Source: a virus (taxonomy: Duplodnaviria; Heunggongvirae; Uroviricota; Caudoviricetes). Taken from it: DNA of 64,000 nucleotides. The DNA lies in the IMG/VR virus record IMGVR_UViG_3300018080_000114; one strand, given 5' to 3'. Within the stretch, counting starts at the first letter, position 1. The number at the start of each line of letters is the position of its first letter. Made by a program: the position numbers and the translations under genes. Under the pieces are notes generated by a model. It did not search any database and was not told the DNA's origin. It saw only the letters and a program-made list of their open reading frames with translations. This document shows positions 45,047-55,899 of this stretch, in pieces.

Positions 45047-45901
45047 ATGGCTGATCCTAGGGACATCAATCCTATCTCTCCAGGAGAGAGAACGGTAAAG
45101 AATGTGGTGCCAGAGCCAGAGAGCAATGTGTTCTCTGCGGATGTGGGCAGTACGAATACGGAAGCTGCACGTGGCATGACCTATTATGGTCACGTGTCAG
45201 ATGGGGGCGTTGTTGGTGATGCGTATAAGGTGAAGATCACGTCGTATCGTAACAACGCCAAAGTGATTGGGCTCATGCAGGATGACATTCAGATGAAGGT
45301 GTCATCACGATGGGAACCTATTGTACCAACGAACGCATTGGCTATTGGGAACATCTTGACGCAGGCCATTACGAAGGGTGAAAAGTCATTCATCTCTAAG
45401 GCGGTGAGTAGACGAATTTGGTCTGGGGCGTCTCCGATCATTATGGCATTGAATTTGAGATTCGAGGCTGTGGAGAATGCCACAATGGAGGTGCTTGAAC
45501 CGTGTCGAGTTCTTCAGTCTTTGGCATTGCCGTCAGAGTACACAGCTGATCCGGACAAGGCGGTATCGAAGGTTCCGTTGTTGGGGCCTCCAGGTCCTAC
45601 TCCGTTTTTGCTGGAGAAATTGGGTACATACAAAAGGGCAAACAAGGCTGTGCAGCAGGCGTCTGATTTCTTTGATGATTTCAAGGGTGGAGATTTGATC
45701 GTCATTGAGCTGGGGAGTTTTGTGACGTTCTGGAATGTGATCGTGTCAGAGGTGACATTGCTGGTTCCTCCGAAGTTTACGGAGGCAGGTGAGCCCGTTA
45801 GTGCAACAGTGAGCATGATCTTTGAGACCTATGAGATGCCGACAGTGGAGAGTCTGAAATCTGCATACAATCGTGCATCATTGTCTAGGGGAGTTGAGTA
45901 A
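45047..45901 (+). CDS. tail/baseplate-associated protein (284 aa)
   Basis: Position between tape measure and baseplate hub. Confidence 0.4.
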   Translation: MADPRDINPISPGERTVKNVVPEPESNVFSADVGSTNTEAARGMTYYGHVSDGGVVGDAYKVKITSYRNNAKVIGLMQDDIQMKVSSRWEPIVPTNALAIGNILTQAITKGEKSFISKAVSRRIWSGASPIIMALNLRFEAVENATMEVLEPCRVLQSLALPSEYTADPDKAVSKVPLLGPPGPTPFLLEKLGTYKRANKAVQQASDFFDDFKGGDLIVIELGSFVTFWNVIVSEVTLLVPPKFTEAGEPVSATVSMIFETYEMPTVESLKSAYNRASLSRGVE

Positions 45902-46212
45902 TGAATCGGTCGAACTTCTACCAAAAGTTTACGGTTGATGATGTTCCTCAATTGGATTTTCTGTATAATCCATTGAGCAACTTCGAGATGACCTATGATC
46001 CGGATTACTATCGTGTGACGGGTGAGGACGATATGCGTCCAGATAAGATCTCACATAAGATGTACGGTACAGTAGAGTTTTGGTGGGTGCTGATGTTGGT
46101 GAATGATATCAGCAATCCTTTGGTGGACATCGATCCTGGGACAGTTCTGACGGTGCCGAATAGAATCGACATTTACAACTTCCAGAAGAAGTACAGATTG
46201 CGGAGATCCTAA
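45901..46212 (+). CDS. LysM-like tail protein (P2 gpX-like)
   Basis: ~100 aa, DISNPLVDIDPGTVLTVP LysM-like segment, located before hub gene. Confidence 0.45.
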   Translation: MNRSNFYQKFTVDDVPQLDFLYNPLSNFEMTYDPDYYRVTGEDDMRPDKISHKMYGTVEFWWVLMLVNDISNPLVDIDPGTVLTVPNRIDIYNFQKKYRLRRS

Positions 46213-47388
46213 GTGAATTTCTCAGGGAACTACACATTGAATGTGACGGTGGGTGGAAAGACAGTGCCTGTCTATCCGCAGATGATCCAAGAGCTGACGA
46301 TTACGTTGGACATTGATCGACTGCTGCCTACGTTTAAGATGGTGCTGCATGATGCAACGCACATCTTGTCACACATTGCGCCCTATGATAAGACGTCCAA
46401 TGTGATTGGATTGGAGTTCACACGAAGTGAGGATCTGTCTAACTTGAATTTGTTTGAGTTCGAGGTGAAGCGTCGTCGGATTCTGAATTCAGATACTTAT
46501 GAGGTTTCTGGTTTGTTGCGTGTTCCTGAATTGATCACTAAGCAGTGGAGTCGCAAGTTCACAGGGGATCTGAAGACCAATTTGGAAACAATGGCAAATG
46601 ATGATTTGGGGATTGAGGAGACGGAAGTCGGATCGTCCTTGTCACTAGATAAGACATTCATTCAGCCTAGTTGGACTAACGCAAAGATGCTGATGTACTT
46701 GCGGGATAATCTCTTGGGGAATGATGGGGAGGCTGGGTATTACTGCTTTGTTAAGAATGTCAGAGGCGCACAGGTGCTTGTGTTCAAGAGTATCAGTGAG
46801 CTGTTCGTGAATTCTGTGTCGGCTAATCTGATCGTGGGCTACAAGCCTTATGAGGATTTCATTCCGGTGACTGATCATCGGATCTATGATAATTCGCAGT
46901 TTCTGGCAGATTTTGGCGCACAAAAGCAGGAGTACAGTTATTGGGATTTTGACAATGGTGTGTGCAAATCTTCGGAGGTGTCTCTCAGTGATTGCCCATC
47001 GTTGAGTGAGTTTTACTTGGTGGATAGTGACAGGTCCACGGACAGCTTGACTATTCTGGGTGCGGGACGTTCGAATGACTTCTCATCTACGTTCGAGGGA
47101 CGATTCAAGAACATGTTCTTTCGAAAGAACACGGAAGCGATTCATATGTGGGCAGGCACATGGGGATTGGAAAATATATCACCTGGGGACATTGTGAAGG
47201 TGGTGTTCAGTGATGCCATGGGCTATGGAGAGTTGTTCGGTGCGTATCAGAATACTGGGTATTGGATGGTGAAGCGTGTGGTCCATATTCTTGGTTCTAC
47301 CTTCATGACGAATCTACTTTTGGCACGTTGTGGAATTGACACAGAGAATAGTACGACACTGAAGGAATCCACATTGAGGAAGAAGTGA
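46213..47388 (+). CDS. baseplate hub protein (P2 gpD / T4 gp27-like), 391 aa
   Basis: Size and position immediately upstream of the spike gene; GTG start. Confidence 0.5.
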   Translation: MNFSGNYTLNVTVGGKTVPVYPQMIQELTITLDIDRLLPTFKMVLHDATHILSHIAPYDKTSNVIGLEFTRSEDLSNLNLFEFEVKRRRILNSDTYEVSGLLRVPELITKQWSRKFTGDLKTNLETMANDDLGIEETEVGSSLSLDKTFIQPSWTNAKMLMYLRDNLLGNDGEAGYYCFVKNVRGAQVLVFKSISELFVNSVSANLIVGYKPYEDFIPVTDHRIYDNSQFLADFGAQKQEYSYWDFDNGVCKSSEVSLSDCPSLSEFYLVDSDRSTDSLTILGAGRSNDFSSTFEGRFKNMFFRKNTEAIHMWAGTWGLENISPGDIVKVVFSDAMGYGELFGAYQNTGYWMVKRVVHILGSTFMTNLLLARCGIDTENSTTLKESTLRKK

Positions 47389-48047
47389 TGGACATCAAAA
47401 AGAGCACATGGAAAACGAGTGGGTTCTATCGGGGCACGGTGGTGGACAATGCCGATCCGAGGCAGTATGGTCGTGTGCGTGTCAACGTGTGTGGGCTGTT
47501 TGAGGGCATTGATACACAGTATCTTCCCTGGGCCGTGCCTGCCATGCCGTTTTCGTTTGGTGGTGGGGCTGGATCAGGGGCTGGATGTTTCTGTGTGCCT
47601 GAGGTGAGCACAATAGTGTGGGTGTTCTTTGAGGGTGAAGATTACAATCAGCCGGTGTATTTCGCAGCTGCTCCTGACGGAACACATGGGCTACCCACAG
47701 AGCGGACTACAAATTACCCAGATCGGCGTGTGGTGAAGACGGCACAGGGGATCACACTTTATGTGGATGATACGGACAAGGTGATTCACGTGGCTATGCC
47801 GTCTGGTGGGACTATCCATGTGGCGTCTGATGGCAGTGTTAGTATTTCGGCTGACGAATCTGTGGGTGGGGACTTGAGTGTTGGTGGTGACGTGGCAGTG
47901 GCTGGTGACACAGAGGTGCAGGGGACGGTTGATGCTGTGGCAGGTTATTTGACGGGTGGAACAGCAGGAGTGAGTGGCACATTTCAGAGCAAAGATGGCA
48001 ATAAGACGATTACAGTGGTGAATGGAATTATCACTGCGATTGTGTGA
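47388..48047 (+). CDS. baseplate spike protein (gpV / gp5 OB-fold family)
   Basis: YRGTVVDNADPRQYGRVRVNV motif typical of Phage_base_V/VgrG OB domain; Gly-rich beta-helical C-terminus. Confidence 0.8.
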   Translation: MDIKKSTWKTSGFYRGTVVDNADPRQYGRVRVNVCGLFEGIDTQYLPWAVPAMPFSFGGGAGSGAGCFCVPEVSTIVWVFFEGEDYNQPVYFAAAPDGTHGLPTERTTNYPDRRVVKTAQGITLYVDDTDKVIHVAMPSGGTIHVASDGSVSISADESVGGDLSVGGDVAVAGDTEVQGTVDAVAGYLTGGTAGVSGTFQSKDGNKTITVVNGIITAIV

Positions 48048-48069
48048 TGCGCATGAGTAGGAGTATACG

Positions 48070-48468
48070 ATGGCTGTTAGTGAAAAGATTGAGGTGATTT
48101 GGTCAGATCTGCATCCGAGCATTATTCCGGATGGTTTGGGTGACATCAAGATTGTGACAAATGTTGCGTCTGTGATGGGTTCCATTGATAACATCCTGCG
48201 CACACAGAAGGGGGAGCGTGTCATGCTTCCAGAGTTTGGCTCGAATCTGGGTAGCATGGTGTTTGAGAACATCGATGACACATTGATGAAGTTTATTGCT
48301 CATGACGTGAAAGAGTCTATTGAGCGGTGGGATGATCGTGTGTCCGTGGAGCAAGTGCGGGCGACTACCGATCCTGACAAAAGTGCGGTAGCGATTGTGG
48401 TGAAGTTTCGAATCAAGGGCTATGGTAGTTCGATTTTTGAACACGAGATTCTGATGAGAGGAGAATAG
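48070..48468 (+). CDS. baseplate wedge protein (gpW / T4 gp25-like)
   Basis: 132 aa; ILRTQKGERVMLPEFGSNL...ERWDDRV pattern of the GPW_gp25 family. Confidence 0.8.
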   Translation: MAVSEKIEVIWSDLHPSIIPDGLGDIKIVTNVASVMGSIDNILRTQKGERVMLPEFGSNLGSMVFENIDDTLMKFIAHDVKESIERWDDRVSVEQVRATTDPDKSAVAIVVKFRIKGYGSSIFEHEILMRGE

Positions 48469-48469
48469 G

Positions 48470-50179
48470 ATGGCGACCAATACCCTTTCCTATGTGGATT
48501 TTGACTTTGATACCATTGTGTCTCAGTTGCAGGATCGGATGTCGAGTAGAAATGCTTGGAAGGATCTGTATCGATCTGGTACAGGTGAGGTGATTCTGGA
48601 GGTGATGGCATATGTGCTGAACATGGGACTGTTCTACACAGAGCGGAGAGCGGAGGAGTCGTATCTTCCAACAGCACGATTGAGATCCAGTGTTGTGAAT
48701 CTGGTTTCATTGATTGGTTACTCTCCTAAGCGGAAGTCATCTGCTACAGGAAATCTCACATTTTCGATTCCTTTGGCGCTGAGCAAGATTGTGTACATTC
48801 CGAAGTATACGGAGTGTCAGAATTCATCTGGTGTCAAGTTCCTGACGAATGCCAGTGCAGCAATCGAGAAGGGCGCTACATCAGTGACAGTGGAAGGTGT
48901 CCAGGGAGAATTGATCCAGACGGACATCACATCTGATGGATCGTTGAATCAGGAATATGAGGTCAATGATACGAATGTGGAGAATTCTGGATCAACGACA
49001 AATCCGACTTTACGGGTGATCGTGGACGGGACGGAATGGACTGAAGTCACCTCATTCTATGCAAGTGAAGTGACATCTGAGCATTTCCGTGTCATTGATG
49101 AGATGGACGGAACCGTGACTGTCCAATTCGGGGATGATATCAATGGTAAGGCTCCGGATTCTGGATCAGTGATTCGCATTCAGTATGTGAAGTCTGATGG
49201 TCTGGATGGGAATGTGACCAATACTGGATACATCACCACTATCAATGATGCGATCTATGATGAGGATGGTGCTGTTGTATCGAATGTGTCTGTCACGAAT
49301 TCCAGCTCATTCCTGGGCGGTGATGATGAGGAGAGCATTGAGGAGATCCGCTATGAAGCGCCACAGGTATTCAAGACGGGTGATAGGGCTGTTAATCGGG
49401 CTGACTTTATCAGCATTATTGGCAATTACTCAGGTGTGGCTGACGTGAATGTGTGGGGCGAGAATGAGGAGGCCGAGGCGGCTGGGACTACAGTAGACTA
49501 TGAAATGTTGAACAAAGTGAAGATCTCCGTCGTATTACAGGAGTGGCAGCTTCCGGATTCGGTGTTCAAGTCCAATCTGTCCGCAGCTTTGTATGCGAAA
49601 TCCATGCTGACGGTGAAATACGAGTATGTGACTCCTGTCATTATCTATGTAATTCCTCGGTTGTGGGTGATGGCTGCGGAAGGTGAATCCTTGTCTCAGA
49701 CCCAAGCTGACATTGAGACAGCGTTGGATGGTCAGTTTTCGTTGGGAGATACAACGAAATTGGGGACGACAGTGAAGTACAGTAATGTGTTGGCGGCGAT
49801 AGACGATCTGGATCGAGTGGCGTATGCGAATATGGATCTGGAGATCTACAAGACCTTGTCGAGTACTTACAATTCATCATACGATTGGGGGGCCTTGCTG
49901 GAGGTGACATCGATTGAGCCGGGGACGGTTCGTCTGTTTGTGGATGGCACTTATGTGGCCACTGATGTGGATCAGTATGATGGGACGGGGACATTCACAG
50001 CTTCGGGTGTTTCTGGCACGGTTAATTACAGCACAGGTGAGGTGTTGATTACGGCGGCTGGGACCACTGCGGTGTATGTGAGATATCAACAGGCGCAGAA
50101 TGGGAATGTTGTTCCAACGTTCCGGCAGATTTGTAAACTTCAGGATGTGGATATTGTAAGCATTTCCAATGTTTCGTGA
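48470..50179 (+). CDS. baseplate J-like protein (P2 gpJ / T4 gp6 family)
   Basis: 569 aa, directly after gpW-like gene as in P2/Mu/T4 baseplate operons. Confidence 0.6.
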   Translation: MATNTLSYVDFDFDTIVSQLQDRMSSRNAWKDLYRSGTGEVILEVMAYVLNMGLFYTERRAEESYLPTARLRSSVVNLVSLIGYSPKRKSSATGNLTFSIPLALSKIVYIPKYTECQNSSGVKFLTNASAAIEKGATSVTVEGVQGELIQTDITSDGSLNQEYEVNDTNVENSGSTTNPTLRVIVDGTEWTEVTSFYASEVTSEHFRVIDEMDGTVTVQFGDDINGKAPDSGSVIRIQYVKSDGLDGNVTNTGYITTINDAIYDEDGAVVSNVSVTNSSSFLGGDDEESIEEIRYEAPQVFKTGDRAVNRADFISIIGNYSGVADVNVWGENEEAEAAGTTVDYEMLNKVKISVVLQEWQLPDSVFKSNLSAALYAKSMLTVKYEYVTPVIIYVIPRLWVMAAEGESLSQTQADIETALDGQFSLGDTTKLGTTVKYSNVLAAIDDLDRVAYANMDLEIYKTLSSTYNSSYDWGALLEVTSIEPGTVRLFVDGTYVATDVDQYDGTGTFTASGVSGTVNYSTGEVLITAAGTTAVYVRYQQAQNGNVVPTFRQICKLQDVDIVSISNVS

Positions 50180-50187
50180 GGTGAAAG

Positions 50188-50685
50188 ATGATTGAGCAGA
50201 GATGGACAGTGAATCACATGCGAGATGGTCAGGTTCTGTGGAATGTCACGGACAAGAAGAATCGTCTCGTGGACCAGGGAGAGCGAGCCATTGTGGACTC
50301 GTTCTATAGGGATAAGGCATCAAACTATTTCGGAATGACCAATTTCTATGTGGGCATGTACAACGGTTCCATTTCGGAATCGACAGTATTGTCTACGCTT
50401 CCGAATGAGCCAACATCTGGTGTGTATGGCTACACAAGGCAGGTGTTGTTGAGATCTGATGTGGGCTTCCCCACGTTGGAGAAGCATGAAGACGATTGGC
50501 GAGTGGTGTCAGTAGACATTACTTTTACCGCATCGGGTGGTGATTTGGGTCCTGTGAATGGGGCATTCTTAGGTACGTCTTCAGACAACACAGGGACTTT
50601 GATTGGTGTTCTATCGTTTGGAGTGGAGAGGACCATCATTGATGGGGACTCAATCATTCTGACCGTTAAGTGCAAGATGAAGTAG
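50188..50685 (+). CDS. baseplate protein (gpI/gp53-like?)
   Basis: Position after J-like gene; 165 aa. Confidence 0.35.
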   Translation: MIEQRWTVNHMRDGQVLWNVTDKKNRLVDQGERAIVDSFYRDKASNYFGMTNFYVGMYNGSISESTVLSTLPNEPTSGVYGYTRQVLLRSDVGFPTLEKHEDDWRVVSVDITFTASGGDLGPVNGAFLGTSSDNTGTLIGVLSFGVERTIIDGDSIILTVKCKMK

Positions 50686-50694
50686 GAGTATCAC

Positions 50695-53373
50695 ATGTCA
50701 CTTTCATTAAATGGATCAAGTCAGTACTTGGCATTAGGCGCACAGCTGATTGCGTATCCGATGTACCCATTCACTATGGCTGTATGGATTAAGCCGGTGG
50801 ATCATCTCAATATTTACGCAGTGACAAGTCATGAAGGCAGTGGCGACTCCCATATTTTGCAGGCGCGTGGAATTACAAACAACTGTGCTGCGGGCTCGTA
50901 TGCAAGTGCATGGGGAATTGCATACACAACCACTGATTACACAGATGGCACATGGCAACACTTGTGTGGGGTTTTCACAGGTGCCGCTAGTAGGGCTTGT
51001 TTTCTTGATGGCGGCTCAAAGGGCACTGACACTACAAGTCAGACTCCAGTTAACGGAAATGAGTTCCTGGTTGGGATTCGAACCATCGGATCTCCCACTC
51101 AGCATTTCTACGGGAAGATGGCCCATGTGGCTGTGTGGAATGTGGCGCTTAGTGACTCAGAGGTTGCCCAGCTTGCAGCGGGTGCAAACCCAACTGCGAT
51201 TCAGGCGGCCAATCTGGTGGCGTACTACCCTTTGGTGGATAGTGGCGTAGACTTCCAAGGTGGTACATCATTGACAGAGTACGGGTCGCCCACATGGGAT
51301 ACAGCGGACTTCCCTTCCATCACTGAGGTGGCTCCGTCTAGTGTGACAATTACTGGGGATACAGCCGTGTACACAGGGTACACCATGTCTCTCACAGCGG
51401 TTGCATCAGGTGGGACAGGTGGCTATTCCTATCAGTGGAATAAGGATGGGTCACCCATCTCCGGGGCCACTAGCAATGTTTACACTGTGTCAGATGTGAC
51501 AGATGATGATGCGGGTGCTTACACTTGTACGGTGACGAACAATGGAGGGTCAGCCACATCTTCTATTGCAACAGTAACTGTCAGCTCATCCTCTCTAGCC
51601 CTTGTGATGGGGGGAGTGAGATCTTCAGGGAATGAGTCTGTTTGGGGATTCAATGAGGCTGGGGTCCAGATTTGGGCGTATGATACGGGTGCCAATGTCA
51701 TCAGTGTTCAGATTTTGCCCAGTGGTAACGTTCTTGTTGCAGGTGTATCTGGGGACAATGGGGATGGAAATGGCACTCGGAATATATGGAAATTGGCTCC
51801 TGATGGTTCTTACGTCAGTGGTGGGGTGACATCTGGGTCTATCTACAGCATGTCTGTTGATAGCAGTGGGAATACTGTATCCTGTGGTGGGACAGCAGAC
51901 TTGTATTGGACAGATTCTGATTTCACTGTGACAGATCAGGAGACGCAAACAGTAGATGGGGCGTATGCTTGCATTTTTGACGATGATGGCAATACTTGGT
52001 ATGGATATCAGAACAATGTGTCTGGTCCGGACTACTACATCATCCGAAAGTTGGACAGTGCTCATGATGAGGTGTTTGATGAGTACATTCAGGTATCTGA
52101 TAATGAGAGGATCAACGCATTAGCACAGGCATCTACTGGAAAGGTATTTTCATGGCATCCAGGTGAGGCAACACTTCGAAGGCATGCGGAGGATGGTGCT
52201 GGTGGTTTTCAGGGTGAATTCCAGACAACGATGACTGGGTGGGGCACAAACACAGTGTACCAGTGTGGGATGGTGGTGGATCAATCAGACTCTGATCAGG
52301 TCTATGTCATCGGTGATGGGTTTGGCGTGGTCAGTTATGCTGGGTCGGAGCTGTACAACCATGTAGGTCCACCTTCAAAGGAAACAATTCGTGCATGTGC
52401 TCTTTATGGAGAGAGTGGGAAAGTATTCATTCTATCTTCCGTAGGTGACGGTGGTAATCTGTATGTGTGGGATGAGGATACAGATACCATAAACTGTGTG
52501 GTGGATTTGGATGGTCCAGATGAAGAGGATGCTTTGTATGCTATTGATGTGGCCCCATCAGTTACATGGGCTTTTCCTGCATCTGAGAAGCTGGATGAAT
52601 ATACCACCGAAACTATTGCGGATCAGGTGAATGCGACGGATTGGGTGGCAGAGACATTCACTCTGTCTGAGTATAAGAAGCCCGGTCGCGTCTCTTTGTG
52701 GGTCAGTCGTCAGTACGAGACAAGCACAATGACAATTTCTCTCCAGGCGGTGGACGGAGACGGGAAGCCTGATGGTGTAGATATTTGTTCCGGCTCATGG
52801 ACAGCAGTTAACGCAGGGGCAGACTCAACCAGATATATTGCTCATATTTTCTTCTCGACCACACCTATCCTGGTCCCTGGGACATATGCGATAGTGATAC
52901 GTGCGAATGGTGATATGAGTTTCAGTGTTGATGGAGCTGGTGGGGGTTCTGGAGACTTCTGGGAAAGTGCTGATGGTGGGTCATCATGGACAGCAGGTTC
53001 AGCCAGTCTTAAGTTTGAATTGTGGGGCGATGAAAGTGGATATGTTCTTCCATCCTTTGACTCACAGTCAGGAAGTCAAAGTCTGTACGTGGATCAAACA
53101 CCGACGCCACTGTCAGTGACAGTGTCTGGTACTCCCACACCAACATTGCAGTGGTATGCGGATGGATCTCCGATTACTGGGGAGACTGGGTCTTCATATT
53201 CTCCCCCAGCGCAGTCGTCTCCAACGTCGATCTCATACACGTGTCGGGCGACAAATGTGTTGGGATACACTGACACAACACCTATGGTGATCACGTGGTC
53301 GGCGGCTCCACTTCCTTCGGACCCTGTGACGTATAATATCTTGAATTTGCAGTTAGACATTGATAGAACGTAG
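50695..53373 (+). CDS. tail fiber / receptor-binding protein with LamG-like and Ig-like domains (892 aa)
   Basis: N-terminal ConA/LamG-like lectin pattern; Ig-like I-set repeat (VTITGDTAVYTGYTMSLTAVASGG...YTCTVTNNGGSATSS); second Ig-like copy near C-terminus. Confidence 0.6.
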   Translation: MSLSLNGSSQYLALGAQLIAYPMYPFTMAVWIKPVDHLNIYAVTSHEGSGDSHILQARGITNNCAAGSYASAWGIAYTTTDYTDGTWQHLCGVFTGAASRACFLDGGSKGTDTTSQTPVNGNEFLVGIRTIGSPTQHFYGKMAHVAVWNVALSDSEVAQLAAGANPTAIQAANLVAYYPLVDSGVDFQGGTSLTEYGSPTWDTADFPSITEVAPSSVTITGDTAVYTGYTMSLTAVASGGTGGYSYQWNKDGSPISGATSNVYTVSDVTDDDAGAYTCTVTNNGGSATSSIATVTVSSSSLALVMGGVRSSGNESVWGFNEAGVQIWAYDTGANVISVQILPSGNVLVAGVSGDNGDGNGTRNIWKLAPDGSYVSGGVTSGSIYSMSVDSSGNTVSCGGTADLYWTDSDFTVTDQETQTVDGAYACIFDDDGNTWYGYQNNVSGPDYYIIRKLDSAHDEVFDEYIQVSDNERINALAQASTGKVFSWHPGEATLRRHAEDGAGGFQGEFQTTMTGWGTNTVYQCGMVVDQSDSDQVYVIGDGFGVVSYAGSELYNHVGPPSKETIRACALYGESGKVFILSSVGDGGNLYVWDEDTDTINCVVDLDGPDEEDALYAIDVAPSVTWAFPASEKLDEYTTETIADQVNATDWVAETFTLSEYKKPGRVSLWVSRQYETSTMTISLQAVDGDGKPDGVDICSGSWTAVNAGADSTRYIAHIFFSTTPILVPGTYAIVIRANGDMSFSVDGAGGGSGDFWESADGGSSWTAGSASLKFELWGDESGYVLPSFDSQSGSQSLYVDQTPTPLSVTVSGTPTPTLQWYADGSPITGETGSSYSPPAQSSPTSISYTCRATNVLGYTDTTPMVITWSAAPLPSDPVTYNILNLQLDIDRT

Positions 53374-53382
53374 GAGAAGGCC

Positions 53383-54615
53383 GTGGCTACTTGGTACTTG
53401 GATCAGTCATTTTATTTGGATCAGGAAGACTCCAGGGAGATCACTGCGGAAGCTGAGATGTCTGTTGAGCAGGTGTATCAGCACAATCCGTTTGTGGGTC
53501 GTGAATTGGTGATGGAGCATGAGTTTGAGGTGGATGTTATCGCGGATCTGCCTTTAGACTTGATGCCTCTGTTTCCGATGAAATTCCACAATTCGGAGAT
53601 TTTGCAGGATTTGGTTGCGGAATTGGGGATTCAGGTCGGAAACTGGCTGACGAAAAATGAGGACATAATTAAGCTGTTGGGACCGAACACAGTCGCATCC
53701 ACAACGTATATACGGTATCTGGGTGCATTGATTGGGGTCACATTCCCTCCTGAGGATGATTCTACGGAGGCTGAATTGAGAAAGACCCTGACGGATGCCA
53801 TTGATTGGTACAAGGTCAAGGGCACGTATGATTCGATCAATGTGATTGCCGCTATTAACCAGCTGGCTATTAACATCTGGGACATGTATACGAATGACTA
53901 CGTCAATTTCTATCTGACGGAGTGGTTTGTGGGCGATGAGGATGAGAATCCACCTGGATTTGATTCGACGTACTACAAGAGTCCGCACTTTGGTGCGGAG
54001 GTGGTTTTGGATCGGGTTCGTGTCTATGGATCGCAGAACTACCTGTGGTACGCTGGTTTGAGTGACAACTTTGTGCTGCTGGTCGAGGAGACTCGTCCAG
54101 TTCATACAGTTCCTCATTACATCATCTTTTTGAATCCGAAGACGGATGAGCGTGGGAATACGATTGAGGTGAGTGGTAGTATTTTCACTAGGATCACGAG
54201 TAATTGGGTGGTGTCTCAGAAGTACTTTGATGAGGCTACGAGTGGGTCCTGGACCTTTGATGGTGGGACAATGACCTTTGACAATTCTGATGAGGGCTTT
54301 GTCAAGTCCATTACGAAGTGGGTGCTGGGGACTGGAAATTATGGTGGTGACGTGTCGGCAACGGATTTTGATATTCAGAATCCGGTTTTGACGGGAACGA
54401 TTGCTGCATCGGATATTACTCTTGATGCGGAAAAGGTCTCGTTTGAGTTCATTGTACCGAAAGCGACGGTGCAAAGTGGCATCACGGAGCTGGGGCTGTA
54501 TGTGGGTGGCACAGACACGTTGGTCTTGGCGAGTGTGTTTCCCAAGATTGATAAGACAGCGAATGAAGAGTTGCGTGTGGTTGTGGAAGTGTACAAGAGT
54601 GACTTGTCTAGCTAG
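53383..54615 (+). CDS. tail fiber-associated protein (410 aa)
   Basis: GTG start after TAGGAGAAGG; beta-rich. Confidence 0.4.
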   Translation: MATWYLDQSFYLDQEDSREITAEAEMSVEQVYQHNPFVGRELVMEHEFEVDVIADLPLDLMPLFPMKFHNSEILQDLVAELGIQVGNWLTKNEDIIKLLGPNTVASTTYIRYLGALIGVTFPPEDDSTEAELRKTLTDAIDWYKVKGTYDSINVIAAINQLAINIWDMYTNDYVNFYLTEWFVGDEDENPPGFDSTYYKSPHFGAEVVLDRVRVYGSQNYLWYAGLSDNFVLLVEETRPVHTVPHYIIFLNPKTDERGNTIEVSGSIFTRITSNWVVSQKYFDEATSGSWTFDGGTMTFDNSDEGFVKSITKWVLGTGNYGGDVSATDFDIQNPVLTGTIAASDITLDAEKVSFEFIVPKATVQSGITELGLYVGGTDTLVLASVFPKIDKTANEELRVVVEVYKSDLSS

Positions 54616-54626
54616 AGGAGAGTGCG

Positions 54627-55889
54627 ATGCCTGCTGATGTTGGAAATCAGACATTGAGTTTGAAATACGGGGCTCCGGGAAATTCAGCGGAGGTGAACAG
54701 ACGGTTTGTGGATGTCCGACCTGTGGGCATCTATGAGGGTGGTGCGCTAGAGGTGGTGGACAATACCCATGCGAGCTTGTCGGCGTTGGTATGTGAGATC
54801 GGTGATGGCACACATCAGGTGAGGGTGGCGACTACTACCAGCGTGAGCGTGACAGTTGGATCGGCCACACCATACATCATTCTGCGGTGGTCATATACTG
54901 GAACCACAGCTGACTACATGGAGATTTTGGCGGTGGCTAGTGGTAGCATCGTGTCCACTGATCTAGTGGTGGCGAAGTGTACGTTCACAGGTGGAGGCGC
55001 ATTGAATGGGTTTGATTATGGTGACAGTACTCATCCTCGATCATACCCGAATACACAGGAGTTTTCATTGAAGGTGGTTCCGGCCACAGGCATGAAGATG
55101 TATGTGAATCCTGGTTATTTTCAGGACAATGCCCAGTCGTTCTTGGTTCCATTCCAATTGACGGACGCATTGACGGCTCCTGCATCAAATAGCCAGATCT
55201 TCTTGGTGTACATCGATCCTACCACTGGCACTGTTGGCGTGGATACATCGGGTGTGGCAGCGGCATCTCCTACAGCTCCGTTGTATAATGGAAGGGTGGT
55301 CTTGGCTGAGGTGACTATCACTAGCACAACCACTAGCATCAATGCATCTATGATCAAGGATGTGCGTCCCCATGTGACATATGGCCAGGAGAAGGTGGAT
55401 GGAACAACCATTGAGAGATCTTCGGCGGGTGCCTTGAAGAGATCAGCTCCATACTATATGTTGACAAGGACAATTGGTCATCAGCTTAGTGGAAACACAT
55501 CGTGGACAGCTTTGACTAATTACGGGACAGTGATCAATTCAAATGGCATCACAGTGGCATATGGTGGAATCTTCACGCTTCCGGCTGGTCGCCTGTACGA
55601 GCTGTCTTACACAATCATGTTCCAGAGGCAAACCAGTTCTCCAGAGGTGCGAGCAAGATTTCATGTGTTGTCTGGGGATCTGAGTTGGTGGCTTGCAGAC
55701 GATGATTACAACCAATCAATCACACGATGTGAGATCGAAAATGATCCGGCAGCGCACAACACACTTTCGTATAAGGGCCTGATTCTTCCGGCCACTAATA
55801 CGACTTTGAGATTGGAAGTGATCACACAGGATGCCTCGGCAGCGGATGCGCATGTGTGGGCATGCACAATTGCAATGGTTGGCAGATAG
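54627..55889 (+). CDS. tail fiber protein, paralog A (420 aa)
   Basis: Clear paralogy to the next gene (PVGIYEGGALEVVDNTHASLSALVCEIGDG vs PVGIYSGGYLTRVTDSRVSLSAMVAEIRDG; GRVVLAEVTI vs GKMVLAEVTV). Confidence 0.55.
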   Translation: MPADVGNQTLSLKYGAPGNSAEVNRRFVDVRPVGIYEGGALEVVDNTHASLSALVCEIGDGTHQVRVATTTSVSVTVGSATPYIILRWSYTGTTADYMEILAVASGSIVSTDLVVAKCTFTGGGALNGFDYGDSTHPRSYPNTQEFSLKVVPATGMKMYVNPGYFQDNAQSFLVPFQLTDALTAPASNSQIFLVYIDPTTGTVGVDTSGVAAASPTAPLYNGRVVLAEVTITSTTTSINASMIKDVRPHVTYGQEKVDGTTIERSSAGALKRSAPYYMLTRTIGHQLSGNTSWTALTNYGTVINSNGITVAYGGIFTLPAGRLYELSYTIMFQRQTSSPEVRARFHVLSGDLSWWLADDDYNQSITRCEIENDPAAHNTLSYKGLILPATNTTLRLEVITQDASAADAHVWACTIAMVGR

Positions 55890-55899
55890 GAGAGAAGAG